Source of the DNA: a bacterium
GTDB taxonomy: Bacteria > Patescibacteriota > Patescibacteriia > UBA9934
Direction: 5' to 3'
DNA: 64,000 bases
Assembly (NCBI GenBank): GCA_027592325.1
Contig: JAQCKO010000005.1
Location: forward strand, 202 to 64,201
Made by a program: the position numbers and the translations under genes. Below the pieces are notes generated by a model that did not search any database, was not told the origin of the DNA, and was given only the letters and a program-made list of their open reading frames with translations. This document shows, in pieces, positions 1 to 9,325 of the stretch. How positions within the stretch are numbered: position 1 is the first letter of the stretch; every line of letters starts with the position of its first letter.

Positions 1-55
1 TCTATCACATAAACAGCTGAGCGGTAAGATGGTAAGGATATCATCTTGCACTTAG

Positions 56-259
56 AACCCTGAGGCCGCTCTCGGGAGCTTGAAAGAGCAGTACGACCGC
101 CTACAGAATCGTATTGAACATCTCTACGAAGATAAGTTAGATCGTGAAATTGATCCAACGCGATACCGAGAACTTTCTATGAAGTATCGATCAGAACAAG
201 AAGCAGTTTTGGGGGAAATAACCGGTCATCACGAAGGAAACAAAAAAGCACGACCGTAG
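56..259 (+). pseudogene. fragment resembling the C-terminal coiled-coil region of a large serine recombinase
   Basis: Reads NPEAALGSLKEQYDRLQNRIEHLYEDKLDREIDPTRYRELSMKYRSEQ...; in-frame TAG at 53-55 upstream; sits next to a tRNA 3' end. Family call from motif memory. Confidence 0.5.
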
Positions 260-270
260 TCGTGCATCTT
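242..270 (-). terminator. intrinsic terminator downstream of tRNA-fMet
   Basis: GCACGAC-CGTA-GTCGTGC hairpin with a T6 tract on the minus strand. Confidence 0.65.
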
Positions 271-347
<77 letters not shown>

Positions 348-384
348 AAAAGAGAGTACATGAAATAATCAAAATCGTCAACGT

Positions 385-2415
385 TTACCCTGTCAGCCGC
401 TTACTGCCTTCACGCTCTTTCATCCCTTCAAGAGGTATTGCAACAAAGAACGTTGTCCCCTCGCCTTCCTTTGATTCAAACCAGATACGCCCACCCGACT
501 TCTCAACGATCGACTTCGTCATGTAAAGACCAAGTCCATTTCCATCAATTTGTGCACGTTGCACATTCGTTGCGCGGTAGAGTTTGCTAAAAATCTTATG
601 CTGCTCCTCTGAGGGAATTCCATAGCCTTGATCTTGTACCGAAATCAACACATCAGAACCTGCTTCATGTATCTTCATGGCGACTTCTCCGTTTTCATGA
701 GAATATTTCACCGCATTTGATAAAAGGTTTTGAAAGACAATCCCCATCAATTTTTCATCAACACGCACCTTTGGCAGTACTTTATCAAACTCTGTTTTCA
801 GTACAATGCTGTTTTCTTTTGCCTCAACCTTCACTTGATCTAAGACCGTATGCGCAATATCACGCATATCGGCAAGGGTTGGTTCAATCGCAAAGGTTCC
901 TAGGTCGAGGCGTGATACATTTAACAGCGCGCGTACTAAATCAATCATATACGTCGTATTCTCCCCCAGATCGTGAAGATAGTCGCGCTGTTCGTCGCTG
1001 AGATCACCATCCTTTTCCAGCAGTTCAATATACCATTTCATCGCCGTCAACGGACCACGCAGCTGATGTGATGCAAGTGAAACGAATTCTGATTTCGCGC
1101 GATCAATATCTTTTTCAATGGTAATATCATGAAAAATGATCACAGCACCAATCATGCCATCAACACCTTCAATAGCCGTGACCGTTACGGAAACAGGGAA
1201 TACTGAACCGTCCTTTCGCGTGAACGCAATATCACGCGTCGAAAATCGTCCTTCGCCTGACATAATGTGATGAATAGGATGCTGCTCTGGTGGGATCGCC
1301 TCCCCTTTTTCAGAAACAATGCTCACGATATTTGTAAACGTATTTCCTATCAAATCACGCATAGAATATCCTAATAGCTGCACCGTGCTTTCGTTCGCGA
1401 GCGTAACTTCACCCGTCGGATTGATGACAACCAGTCCGTCTCCAATACTCGACAGAATTGCCTCATCCTTTGCCTTTGCTTCCCCGAGCCGGGCTTTTTC
1501 CTGCTCTAAATGATTCATCGCATCGACAAGCGCTGTTTTTGAACGTTGTAACTCGTGATTTTTATCTTCAACTTGATCAAGTGTATCTTTCAATTTTCGC
1601 GTTTTTACCTCAACCTCGTGTTTGATATTTCGGTACGATGATTGCAATTTTGACGTCATGTCATTAAACGCCCCTGCAAGCTCACCAATTTCATCATGCG
1701 ATTCGATGTTTGCACGTTTTGAGAGATTCCCATCAATAATCGCATCAACCGTTACGTGTAAGTGTTCTATGGAACGCGTAATTGAAAGCGTCAAATAAAA
1801 TGCAAAGGCGCCAATAAAAATGACGAGCGTAATAACCGAAACGACAAATGTATTCCCCCCAAAAAGTAAGGCTGCACGAGATTCTTGTACAAGGGTCGTC
1901 ATTTCAGAACGTATGCCATTTACAAGTTCATTGAAAAGCGCATCACTATTTGCCGAACTTGATACATACTCATTGATGTAGATTTCATTTGCGAGAGCAG
2001 CTTCCCCTTCTTGAAGTCGATTCATGATGAGAAACGCGACATCACGCACGTGCAAGTTTGATTGCTCGTACAGTCGAATGGCATTGAAAATCCTTGAATT
2101 ATCTACCCCATTCCGCGCCTCAACAACCGTAGTATCGAATGCTGTCACAGCGTTATTAAATGCATCAACCCACTTCTCGTCGCCGGTGATCATATACGCC
2201 ATCAATGCCTCGTGTTCTTCCTGCTCGGTACGGAGCAATTTGTTGAGCGTTTCAATGTCGCCAAAACGATGATCAATCAGCGAGAAAGCCGTACCTGTGA
2301 GATTGAGCGTATTGATAAAAACCACTCCAAGGACGCCGAGTAGCAATACAATAAAAACGAATCCGGAGAGCAACTTGGTTCCAAGAGAAATTGTACGTCC
2401 TTCTTGATGCGGCAT
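385..2415 (-). CDS. membrane sensor histidine kinase (2 TM, HAMP, PAS, HisKA, HATPase)
   Basis: HAMP DEIGELAGAFN, H-box SLASHQLRGPL, N-box NLLSNAVKY, G-boxes DQGYGI and GNGLGL. Confidence 0.93.
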   Translation of the reverse strand: MPHQEGRTISLGTKLLSGFVFIVLLLGVLGVVFINTLNLTGTAFSLIDHRFGDIETLNKLLRTEQEEHEALMAYMITGDEKWVDAFNNAVTAFDTTVVEARNGVDNSRIFNAIRLYEQSNLHVRDVAFLIMNRLQEGEAALANEIYINEYVSSSANSDALFNELVNGIRSEMTTLVQESRAALLFGGNTFVVSVITLVIFIGAFAFYLTLSITRSIEHLHVTVDAIIDGNLSKRANIESHDEIGELAGAFNDMTSKLQSSYRNIKHEVEVKTRKLKDTLDQVEDKNHELQRSKTALVDAMNHLEQEKARLGEAKAKDEAILSSIGDGLVVINPTGEVTLANESTVQLLGYSMRDLIGNTFTNIVSIVSEKGEAIPPEQHPIHHIMSGEGRFSTRDIAFTRKDGSVFPVSVTVTAIEGVDGMIGAVIIFHDITIEKDIDRAKSEFVSLASHQLRGPLTAMKWYIELLEKDGDLSDEQRDYLHDLGENTTYMIDLVRALLNVSRLDLGTFAIEPTLADMRDIAHTVLDQVKVEAKENSIVLKTEFDKVLPKVRVDEKLMGIVFQNLLSNAVKYSHENGEVAMKIHEAGSDVLISVQDQGYGIPSEEQHKIFSKLYRATNVQRAQIDGNGLGLYMTKSIVEKSGGRIWFESKEGEGTTFFVAIPLEGMKEREGSKRLTG

Positions 2416-2424
2416 ATTAGAGAC

Positions 2425-2517
2425 CTACGTACAACGCTTCAAAATAAGCCACGAATAAAGTCCGGTTAGAACAACCATTGTGACAATTCCAATCGTATAG
2501 CCTTCTTGATGCTTCAT
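2425..2517 (-). CDS. 30-aa single-TM peptide upstream of the kinase
   Basis: ATG..TAG; MKHQEGYTIGIVTMVVLTGLYSWLILKRCT; ends 9 nt before the kinase ATG. Confidence 0.5.
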   Translation of the reverse strand: MKHQEGYTIGIVTMVVLTGLYSWLILKRCT

Positions 2518-2581
2518 AATCTTTTCTATTTTATCACGCCACGTTTTCAAAAAAACAAAAACAGAGCAAAAACGCTCTGGG

Positions 2582-2668
2582 TGGTGCCGCGGGAGGGACT
2601 CGAACCCTCAAGCCCGTGAAGGCAACGAATTTTGAGTCCGTCGCGTATACCAGTTCCGCCACCGCGGC
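2582..2668 (-). tRNA. tRNA-Leu (CAA)
   Basis: Long variable arm, anticodon loop CT-CAA-AA, GGTTCGA T-arm, CCA. Confidence 0.95.
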
Positions 2669-2780
2669 ATTGGACGGAAGAATAAAGGGAAATAGATCCT
2701 TTGTCAACGCAGACTTGCCTTTTTCTCTGTTTTTCGATAGAATCTCGACACCAAAAGGACGAAAACGAAGACAAATCGAT

Positions 2781-2818
2781 TAGATCCTTCGACGCATTAC
2801 GTTCGCTCAGGATAATGA
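2781..2818. repeat. REP-like short palindromic element (AGATCCTTCG...GCTCAGGAT type)
   Basis: Reverse-orientation relatives at 38336-38373 and 52551-52587. Confidence 0.6.
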
Positions 2819-2936
2819 TATGATTTGAGCTAATGTTCTTTGCTTCTGTACAAGGAAGACAGGTAACGATACTATATTGAATGGAAATTTTTGGTCTCCT
2901 GCGAGGATCATCGTCTGGTATGATCATTGCGCAGGA

Positions 2937-3035
2937 TTTTTCTTCCAGGAATGGTGCATAACGAGCTGCGGAGTAAGACGTATATAGATATACGTTGTCG
3001 AGCGGCGCAGCTATAAACTATTCCTGGGGGAAAAA
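2937..3035. repeat. long imperfect palindrome, divergent member of the ~110-nt element family
   Basis: Nested stems TTCCAGGAATGGT/ACTATTCCTGGGG, AGCTGCG/CGCAGCT, ACGTATA/TATACGT. Confidence 0.6.
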
Positions 3036-3044
3036 GACAAGCAA

Positions 3045-3121
3045 GGCTGGGTAGCTCAGTTGGTTAGAGCGTGGGACTCATAAGCCCGAGGTCGAGGGTT
3101 CGACCCCCTCCCCAGCCACCA
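3045..3121 (+). tRNA. tRNA (CAT), most likely elongator tRNA-Met
   Basis: GGCTGGG/CCCAGCC acceptor stem, CTCATAA loop, CCA; Ile2 not fully excluded. Confidence 0.88.
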
Positions 3122-3209
3122 AGAGGAACCGATCAACTCGGTTCTTTTTGTTTGCAAAGCAAAGAGGAGCCCCGAAGGACTCCCCACGAATGTACCACGC
3201 TGGCACATG

Positions 3210-3560
3210 TCAGTTATGCACGAGCTGCCACTGGCGCCAACCGGTTGCGTGAACCTTGACCTCTACCCATTGACCCGCAAGATCTTTAGCCAATCTCATC
3301 ATGGTTTCATGCTCAACAAAGCTCCCGTCCCCGCCCATGACGAACTTGCTTTCTCGCGACTCCCCCTTTCCGACGTCGATCATGTACATCCTACCCCCTT
3401 TAACCATGGACAAGGAAGCAAGATGCGGATGCACGCTATCAAAGCTGACAAGAAGCAGATCATCCGTTTTGTAGTTGAAGGGTTCAGGCTTTTCCCCGAT
3501 CGGATACATGACGAGGTCTGATCCATTGTCATACGGACCTCCCGTCAAATAGATTTTCAC
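3210..3560 (-). CDS. hypothetical protein (116 aa, GTG start)
   Basis: SD-like AAGGGG upstream of GTG at 3560; own promoter; terminator-like hairpin at 3164-3185. Confidence 0.7.
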   Translation of the reverse strand: MKIYLTGGPYDNGSDLVMYPIGEKPEPFNYKTDDLLLVSFDSVHPHLASLSMVKGGRMYMIDVGKGESRESKFVMGGDGSFVEHETMMRLAKDLAGQWVEVKVHATGWRQWQLVHN

Positions 3561-3588
3561 GTCACACCCCCTTGGCAAGTGACGATGC

Positions 3589-3617
3589 ATTTTAACATGC
3601 GAAACGGCTAGTGTCAA
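3589..3617 (-). promoter_or_regulatory. sigma70 promoter of the orphan gene
   Basis: TTGACA-17 nt-TAAAAT with extended TG. Confidence 0.75.
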
Positions 3618-4105
3618 CTGAGCAATGCTTCAAACCCTGCGGAAAGTCCGTAAACCAAAATGGCTGCAATCAGGAGACCAGTGAGAATTGCCGGCGCCGC
3701 GTATTTAAAGGGAATTTTGAGCGCAACGGCTGCAAACGTTGCCGTCCATAGGCCAGTTAGCGGGAGCGGGAGCGCCGTAAAGAGCGCGAGCGCAATCGAA
3801 CCATAGCGTTCGTAATTCTGTGCAAGTTTTGCGCGTGCGGAATCGAGCCTTGCGTCAATGACACGATGTAAAAAAGGAATCCGATGTTCAAGATCGTGTC
3901 GCAAATGATCAAGTCCAAAATAAAGGGGAGCAAGCGGAAGCGCGCCTCCTATCAGCCCCATAAGTAAAATAACGAGCGCGGGCAAATCGGTAAAGGCAAT
4001 TCCAAATGGAATACCTGCGCGAATTTCAAATAGTGGAAGTGCTGAAATAAGCCCAACGGCAATAGCGGGAGCTGAATCGGCTAGATTAGAAAAGGGGATC
4101 TCCAT
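3614..4105 (-). CDS. small multi-drug export family membrane protein (COG2426-like)
   Basis: LPLFEIRAGIP and ALPLPLTGLWTA motifs; start placed at MEIPF. Confidence 0.8.
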   Translation of the reverse strand: MEIPFSNLADSAPAIAVGLISALPLFEIRAGIPFGIAFTDLPALVILLMGLIGGALPLAPLYFGLDHLRHDLEHRIPFLHRVIDARLDSARAKLAQNYERYGSIALALFTALPLPLTGLWTATFAAVALKIPFKYAAPAILTGLLIAAILVYGLSAGFEALLS

Positions 4106-5069
4106 ACCCGATGTCATTTGGCCACCGATGCACACGAAAGGCCCACAGCCCAAGACCCGCAATATCGGCCGCACGCGCTTCGGTTGATTCTGCTCCAAGC
4201 GTCACAATATGCAAACGATTCCCATTGTGCTCCACCGTCGAGGCAAGCACATATCCAGCAAGTGGCAAAAACCCCGTCTTTCCAACGAGCATGTCATATT
4301 CACCTCTATTTACTGGAAGCTGAAGGGCTAAATTCGTGTTCTCAATTTCAATCGTTCTTCCACTTCGCTGCCGGATGATAACCGATTCTGCGGTCGTCCA
4401 TCTTGCAATCACCGGCACCTCCCCTGCTGCCTTCAGAAGCTTAACCAAGTCATGCGCCGTTGAAATATTCTGGCTGTCAACACCAGTAACATCGGTAAAC
4501 TGACTCAATATCATTCCAAGTTCTGTGGCTTTTTCATTCATGCGCGCGATAAATTCTTCTTCCGTCATGCCAGAGAATCGCATCAGCGCTTTCGTGGCCG
4601 TATTATCAGATCCTACCAAACTCGCCGCAAGCACATCTCCCAATTGTAGCGCATCATTAAACGCCAAATACACCCGACCGCCAAGGACCATATCTTCTTC
4701 CTGAAGGGTCACAAAATCGGCGACATTCGGATTCTGCTCCATGAACACAAGCGCGGTCATCAGCTTCGTGACGCTCCCAATGGACCGAATTTGATGGGGT
4801 TGCTCCCCCCAAAGCATATCCCCAGATGCGTCATCAATCACAATGCTGCTAAATCCGCTTGTCACAATTCCATAAGAATTCAGGTCTATTTTCTCCGGCG
4901 CTGCTACAGCCTCTCCACTTTCAGCATCCTCTGAAACTCCAACATATGCCGATGCTTCTACCGGCCGATACTCACCCGTCGCGCGCATTTCCATCACTGC
5001 TCCATCAACAGGAAAGAGCTGAAAGAGCGCCGCGCTCGTCATAATGCTTGCAAGAATTTTCAACATCAA
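4086..5069 (-). CDS. D-alanyl-D-alanine carboxypeptidase/endopeptidase (peptidase S11)
   Basis: SxxK (SVTK), SDN and KTG motifs; signal peptide. Confidence 0.88.
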   Translation of the reverse strand: MMLKILASIMTSAALFQLFPVDGAVMEMRATGEYRPVEASAYVGVSEDAESGEAVAAPEKIDLNSYGIVTSGFSSIVIDDASGDMLWGEQPHQIRSIGSVTKLMTALVFMEQNPNVADFVTLQEEDMVLGGRVYLAFNDALQLGDVLAASLVGSDNTATKALMRFSGMTEEEFIARMNEKATELGMILSQFTDVTGVDSQNISTAHDLVKLLKAAGEVPVIARWTTAESVIIRQRSGRTIEIENTNLALQLPVNRGEYDMLVGKTGFLPLAGYVLASTVEHNGNRLHIVTLGAESTEARAADIAGLGLWAFRVHRWPNDIGYGDPLF

Positions 5070-5602
5070 CCTGATTTTACCATGTCTGAAAGAGATGTTT
5101 CTTCATGCAAGCGATCATAATCCGGCAGTTCTTTCGCACTTCCAAGACCAAGGTGCTGAAGCATATCTGCAGAAATTGTATATACGGTATGAAGATGATC
5201 GGCAGATTCGGTTTCATCAACCATACCGCGCATAAGCAAATTACGCAGAATCATACTCGAATTCACGCCGCGAATATGTTCAAGTTCCGGTTTCGTGATT
5301 GGACCTCGGTAGGCAATAATCGTCAGCGTTTCGAGCTGCGGCTTTGTAAGGCTGGACTCGTCATCGTCTTTTTTACCTGTCTCGATGAGTTCAGCATAGG
5401 CGGGATTCGTAACAAGTTTTAAGCCGGCTTCTGTTTCAATCAAATGAAGACCTGAATCACCAGATCGGGCATGACCTAGGGCATTCACAGCATCAGAAAA
5501 TTCGTCATTCGTCACATCAAGTTGGTGCTGTAAACGCGATTTCTGAACCTCACCCCCTGCGACATAAAGAAGGGCTTCTAATTGTGCGGCATACTTATTC
5601 AT
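5066..5602 (-). CDS. scpB: SMC-Scp complex subunit ScpB
   Basis: LETLTIIAYRGPITKPELEHIRGVNS. Confidence 0.95.
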   Translation of the reverse strand: MNKYAAQLEALLYVAGGEVQKSRLQHQLDVTNDEFSDAVNALGHARSGDSGLHLIETEAGLKLVTNPAYAELIETGKKDDDESSLTKPQLETLTIIAYRGPITKPELEHIRGVNSSMILRNLLMRGMVDETESADHLHTVYTISADMLQHLGLGSAKELPDYDRLHEETSLSDMVKSG

Positions 5603-6300
5603 ACACGAATGATTTCAATGTCTTCTTGTTGTTGACGAACACGGACGATTTGTTTTTTTACAAGTTCTAGGAGTGCAAGGAAACTTACCACAACATCTGC
5701 TTTCGAGCTCGCTCCTCTTGCGATGTCACGAAAACCAATCGTGCGGCGTTTTTGAAGCGTTTTTTGTAATCGCTTCATGCGCTCCTCTACCGATTCTATC
5801 CGTTCCATGGATCGCTTTTGCAGCGAGAAAAATGGTTCAAGTTTTTTAAGAAGGCTTAAAAATGATTCGCGCAGTGAGGATTCTGTCACATTCTTCGCCG
5901 GAGCGAATCGGCGCTCTTCTTCACTCGATTCCAGCTTCATGTGTTTCTCGCGGGCATATGCACGATTCGGTGAATGATAAAGTGCAAGAAATGTTTGAGA
6001 TGCGTCCTGAAATTGCTTATAGACCTCAAGCTGTTCTTTTAGATCTTCAATGCCTTCCTCTTCTTCCTCAATACGTAAGTATGGCAAGAGCTCGCGGCTT
6101 TTGAGGTAAATCAATCTACTCGCTGTGAGCAAAAAGTCTGCCCGCGCTGAAACTTCCGCCGGATGCGCCTCTAAATACGCCAAATAGTCATCGGTAATCT
6201 TCGCAAGGGCAATATCGGTAATCGATAATTTCTTGTCATTCAGAAGATCCAAAAGCAATTCCAGCGGCCCTGAAAATTGTTCCTGCTCGGTAGTGAACAT
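5599..6300 (-). CDS. scpA: segregation/condensation protein ScpA
   Basis: FSGPLELLLDL, C-terminal FLALLELVK. Confidence 0.95.
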   Translation of the reverse strand: MFTTEQEQFSGPLELLLDLLNDKKLSITDIALAKITDDYLAYLEAHPAEVSARADFLLTASRLIYLKSRELLPYLRIEEEEEGIEDLKEQLEVYKQFQDASQTFLALYHSPNRAYAREKHMKLESSEEERRFAPAKNVTESSLRESFLSLLKKLEPFFSLQKRSMERIESVEERMKRLQKTLQKRRTIGFRDIARGASSKADVVVSFLALLELVKKQIVRVRQQQEDIEIIRV

Positions 6301-6331
6301 GGACGTATTTTAGCGCAAAACTAGGAAAAAC

Positions 6332-6359
6332 AAAAACCCGCGCGAGGCGGATTTTTTTT
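6332..6359. terminator. intrinsic terminator after aspS and the structured element
   Basis: CCGC-GCGAG-GCGG hairpin flanked by A and T tracts. Confidence 0.6.
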
Positions 6360-6520
6360 CGAGCTGGGCGCAGATATTGTCCACTTCATCTTCTGATGAT
6401 CGCTCCTAGATCTCTCACATGCGTTCCCGGCGGAGTCACGGCGGAGCCGGACGGGCCGGGCAAGCGGGAATTTACAAATTCCGGTCTGCCCTGCTCTGCC
6501 GGGAACGCAGTGAAGGATGT
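6360..6520 (-). other. GC-rich structured element downstream of aspS (candidate ncRNA or palindromic mobile repeat)
   Basis: 12-bp perfect stem 6420-6431/6498-6509 with nested helices. Confidence 0.45.
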
Positions 6521-6525
6521 ATTCA

Positions 6526-7968
6526 TCAACTATTATCCTCACCCTTCATCTCATCAATCGCCTGCTTTGCTTCATCGTCAAGCTTCAAATGCAAATCCAT
6601 GAGCACAGTGTCTGGCATTGGCGATGGCGCATTCATCATCAAATCTTTTGCATGACCATCTTTCGGGAAGGCAATCACCTCACGAATATTCGGCTCCCCC
6701 ATCATAAGCATGACAATGCGATCAATTCCAGGCGCAAATCCTCCGTGCGGCGGCGCACCGAATTCAAATGCCTCAAGCATATGTGCAAACTTTCTTTGTT
6801 GCTCTTCTTCTGAAATTTGAAGCAAATCGAAAATACGCTTTTGCATATCGCGCTCATGAATTCTAATTGAACCTGAGCTAAGCTCGTATCCGTTTAGAAC
6901 GAGGTCATAGGCATTTGCGCGAATTGAGAGCAAATCTTCGCCTTTCATGAGCTTCTCTTTATCTTCTTCTTTCACGCTACAGAATGGATGGTGCTGCGCT
7001 TGAATGCTGCCATCCTCTAGCCGTTCAAACATTGGGAAATCAACAATCCAGCAAAAAGCGAGCTCATTTGGGTCGTTTTTATCTTCCCGGAGGTCAGGCT
7101 TATCGGTTCCGTATTTTTCCATGGCTTCCGCATAGGTCATGCGTACAAATGGTGAAGAGGCAATCTTCTTTTCTGGATACAGCTCCGTAACCAGCTGAAC
7201 AAACATCTTCTCTGTGTACTGAAGTACATCCTCCTGCGTCACAAACGACATTTCAAAGTCAAGCTGAGTAAACTCTGGCTGACGATCCCCTCGAAGGTCT
7301 TCGTCACGCATACAACGCGCAATCTGGAAATAGCGCTCAAATCCAGCCACCATAGAAAGCTGCTTGAATTGCTGAGGAGACTGCGGGAGTGCGTAAAATT
7401 GCCCAGGATGAATACGTGATGGCACAAGATATTCGCGCGATCCTTCCGGCGTTCCCTTCATCATCATCGGAGTTTCAATTTCGATGAATTCGTTGTTATG
7501 CATGTATGATCGAAAGAACGTGATAATACGATCACGTTCACGAATATTTCTTTGCATCCGCGCACTGCGAAGGTCGAGATAGCGATACTTGAGGCGAAGC
7601 TCTTCATTAATTTCTGTCGTGTCTTTGTCGATTTCAAATGGCGGAGTTTTTGCCTTATTCAAAATCTTCATCGATGTCGCAAGAAGCTCAACCGTTCCTG
7701 TGGTGATATTCGTATTGATCTGCCGCTCTCCACGCGCTTGCACAACTCCTTCAACCTCAACAACAAATTCGCTGCGAAGCTCTTTTGCGCGTTCCATATC
7801 GTCTCCAAGATCGCTTGGAACGCAAACGATTTGCAGAAGTCCGTCTTTGTCGCGAAGGTCAAAAAACATCACCTTCCCCATATCGCGGCGGGCATGCACC
7901 CAACCAGCAACTTTGACGGTTTCTCCTACTTTTTCTACGGTCTCTTTGGTAAAAATGCGTGTATTCAT
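6526..7968 (-). CDS. aspS: aspartyl-tRNA synthetase, short form lacking most of the GAD insertion
   Basis: LRLKYRYLDLR, ALPQSPQQFKQL, DRQPEFTQLD, PPHGGFAPGIDR; start at MNTRIF. Confidence 0.96.
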   Translation of the reverse strand: MNTRIFTKETVEKVGETVKVAGWVHARRDMGKVMFFDLRDKDGLLQIVCVPSDLGDDMERAKELRSEFVVEVEGVVQARGERQINTNITTGTVELLATSMKILNKAKTPPFEIDKDTTEINEELRLKYRYLDLRSARMQRNIRERDRIITFFRSYMHNNEFIEIETPMMMKGTPEGSREYLVPSRIHPGQFYALPQSPQQFKQLSMVAGFERYFQIARCMRDEDLRGDRQPEFTQLDFEMSFVTQEDVLQYTEKMFVQLVTELYPEKKIASSPFVRMTYAEAMEKYGTDKPDLREDKNDPNELAFCWIVDFPMFERLEDGSIQAQHHPFCSVKEEDKEKLMKGEDLLSIRANAYDLVLNGYELSSGSIRIHERDMQKRIFDLLQISEEEQQRKFAHMLEAFEFGAPPHGGFAPGIDRIVMLMMGEPNIREVIAFPKDGHAKDLMMNAPSPMPDTVLMDLHLKLDDEAKQAIDEMKGEDNS

Positions 7969-8017
7969 ACGGCTATAGATAGGCGAAATGTAACAGTTTA
8001 AGGGGTACTTGGCAAGA

Positions 8018-8788
8018 TTACACGAGTACTCCTTCCCAGTAAGGGGCGCGAAAATACCCTGGCACGTGCATTGCAACAAGATCCTGAATACATTTTGTGT
8101 ATTGCTTCACAATTGTTCGGTCCGCTGTAAGGACAAACATATCCTCATATGTAAGCTGCTGCGCCGCTTGCATCAAATCGAGCACCCTCAAATCAATACG
8201 CTCAGCTGTAAACCAGCGATGCCGATCTTTATTGCGACAATCGGCACAGACAACCCCGCCATAAGCAGGATGCCAGAATGGATCATTTCCGGACGTACGA
8301 CAGCTCGTGCAATGCTCAAATTCAATATCGTAACCAAGATGCGACATGAGGCGCAATAGTAGTCCTCCGTACAACAAGAGACGCTCACGGCGCGGAATTT
8401 CGCCTGCGCCGTCAAGAAAATTGAGCCAGGCTTCAAGCTCGGGATAAATAGCATCACGGCCACCAAGTTCCTGCAATGCACGATCTAAAAATGCGCAGCT
8501 TGAACTTGCCAAAAGGCGTGCATCAAAGGAACGATGTAGTCCGGAAAGACGTTGTTTGAGCTCCGCAGAAATAATCGTCATGTAGCGTCGTCCTTGAACG
8601 ACTTCAAGCGAAAGAATACGGAACGGCTCTAGTTGCGGCGCAAGTTTCGCCATACCTTTTTGTGCACCACGACCAATCACATCAATTTTTCCAAGGTCTG
8701 GTGTTAAAATTCGATAACGCCGATCTGACTCACGAAAAGGTGATACGGTAAGTACGATTCCAGTTGTTTTAATTGAAGACCAGGCCAT
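8018..8788 (-). CDS. recO: DNA repair protein RecO
   Basis: N-terminal OB fold (ESDRRYRILTPDLGKI) and CxxC...CxxC zinc finger. Confidence 0.9.
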   Translation of the reverse strand: MAWSSIKTTGIVLTVSPFRESDRRYRILTPDLGKIDVIGRGAQKGMAKLAPQLEPFRILSLEVVQGRRYMTIISAELKQRLSGLHRSFDARLLASSSCAFLDRALQELGGRDAIYPELEAWLNFLDGAGEIPRRERLLLYGGLLLRLMSHLGYDIEFEHCTSCRTSGNDPFWHPAYGGVVCADCRNKDRHRWFTAERIDLRVLDLMQAAQQLTYEDMFVLTADRTIVKQYTKCIQDLVAMHVPGYFRAPYWEGVLV

Positions 8789-8816
8789 TTAGGTTTTACA
8801 TTCTATGATGGAATAG

Positions 8817-8920
8817 TACAGCTTACCTCATCTAGCGTCTCAGATCTGCGATACTCGCTCGACGTACGTTCTAGTACGCCTCGCTCTGTTTCTTGATCTT
8901 CACCACCATCTAAAGCAGTC
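8817..8920. repeat. ~110-nt palindromic element family member
   Basis: ACAGCTTACCTCATCTAGCG...GACGTAC-GTTCTA-GTACGCC; closely similar to 52410-52515. Confidence 0.7.
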
Positions 8921-8934
8921 TATACGATTCGCTA

Positions 8935-9324
8935 TTAACTCTCATCCAAATACGATTGCAGTATCAACATCGCTGCAAGGGCATCCTCGGGTGCGGTTGC
9001 TCCATACTCTTCTACTAGTCGCCGACTTTCTGCCGTCGTAAATTGCTCATCAACGGTATGAATGGGCATATTGCTCATCCCTTTTAGTTCTTCAATAAAC
9101 CCACGCACCCTCTTTGCCTGCGAGTCATCATGAAAGTCTCCTGCCTCTCCTGGGACACCGATGACGAGTTCATCAATGCCTTCTTCGCGGACAAGATCGA
9201 TAATGCGCTTTGCAAGATCATCGCCGCCTGGAATCACCTCAAGCGGCGTCGCAAGCTTGGTCTCATTATCCCCAAGCGCGAGGCCAACTTTCTTCTCCCC
9301 AAAATCGACTCCTAAATAACGCAT
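8935..9324 (-). CDS. ruvX: YqgF/RuvX family nuclease
   Basis: LGVDFGEKKVGLA, DEQFTT, DALAAMLILQSYL. Confidence 0.93.
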   Translation of the reverse strand: MRYLGVDFGEKKVGLALGDNETKLATPLEVIPGGDDLAKRIIDLVREEGIDELVIGVPGEAGDFHDDSQAKRVRGFIEELKGMSNMPIHTVDEQFTTAESRRLVEEYGATAPEDALAAMLILQSYLDES

Positions 9325-9325
9325 A

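Noticed and set aside
2547-3259. ORFs overlapping tRNA-Leu and tRNA-Met (also 311-526 and 59844-60269)
   Set aside because: Translations of tRNA and repeat sequence
3561-3617. TTG start at 3617 from the ORF track
   Set aside because: That TTG is the -35 box (TTGACA); the SD-supported GTG at 3560 is the likely start
6393-6415. Hammerhead ribozyme core suggested by CTGATGA
   Set aside because: No GAAA after a stem II and no cleavage-site helix
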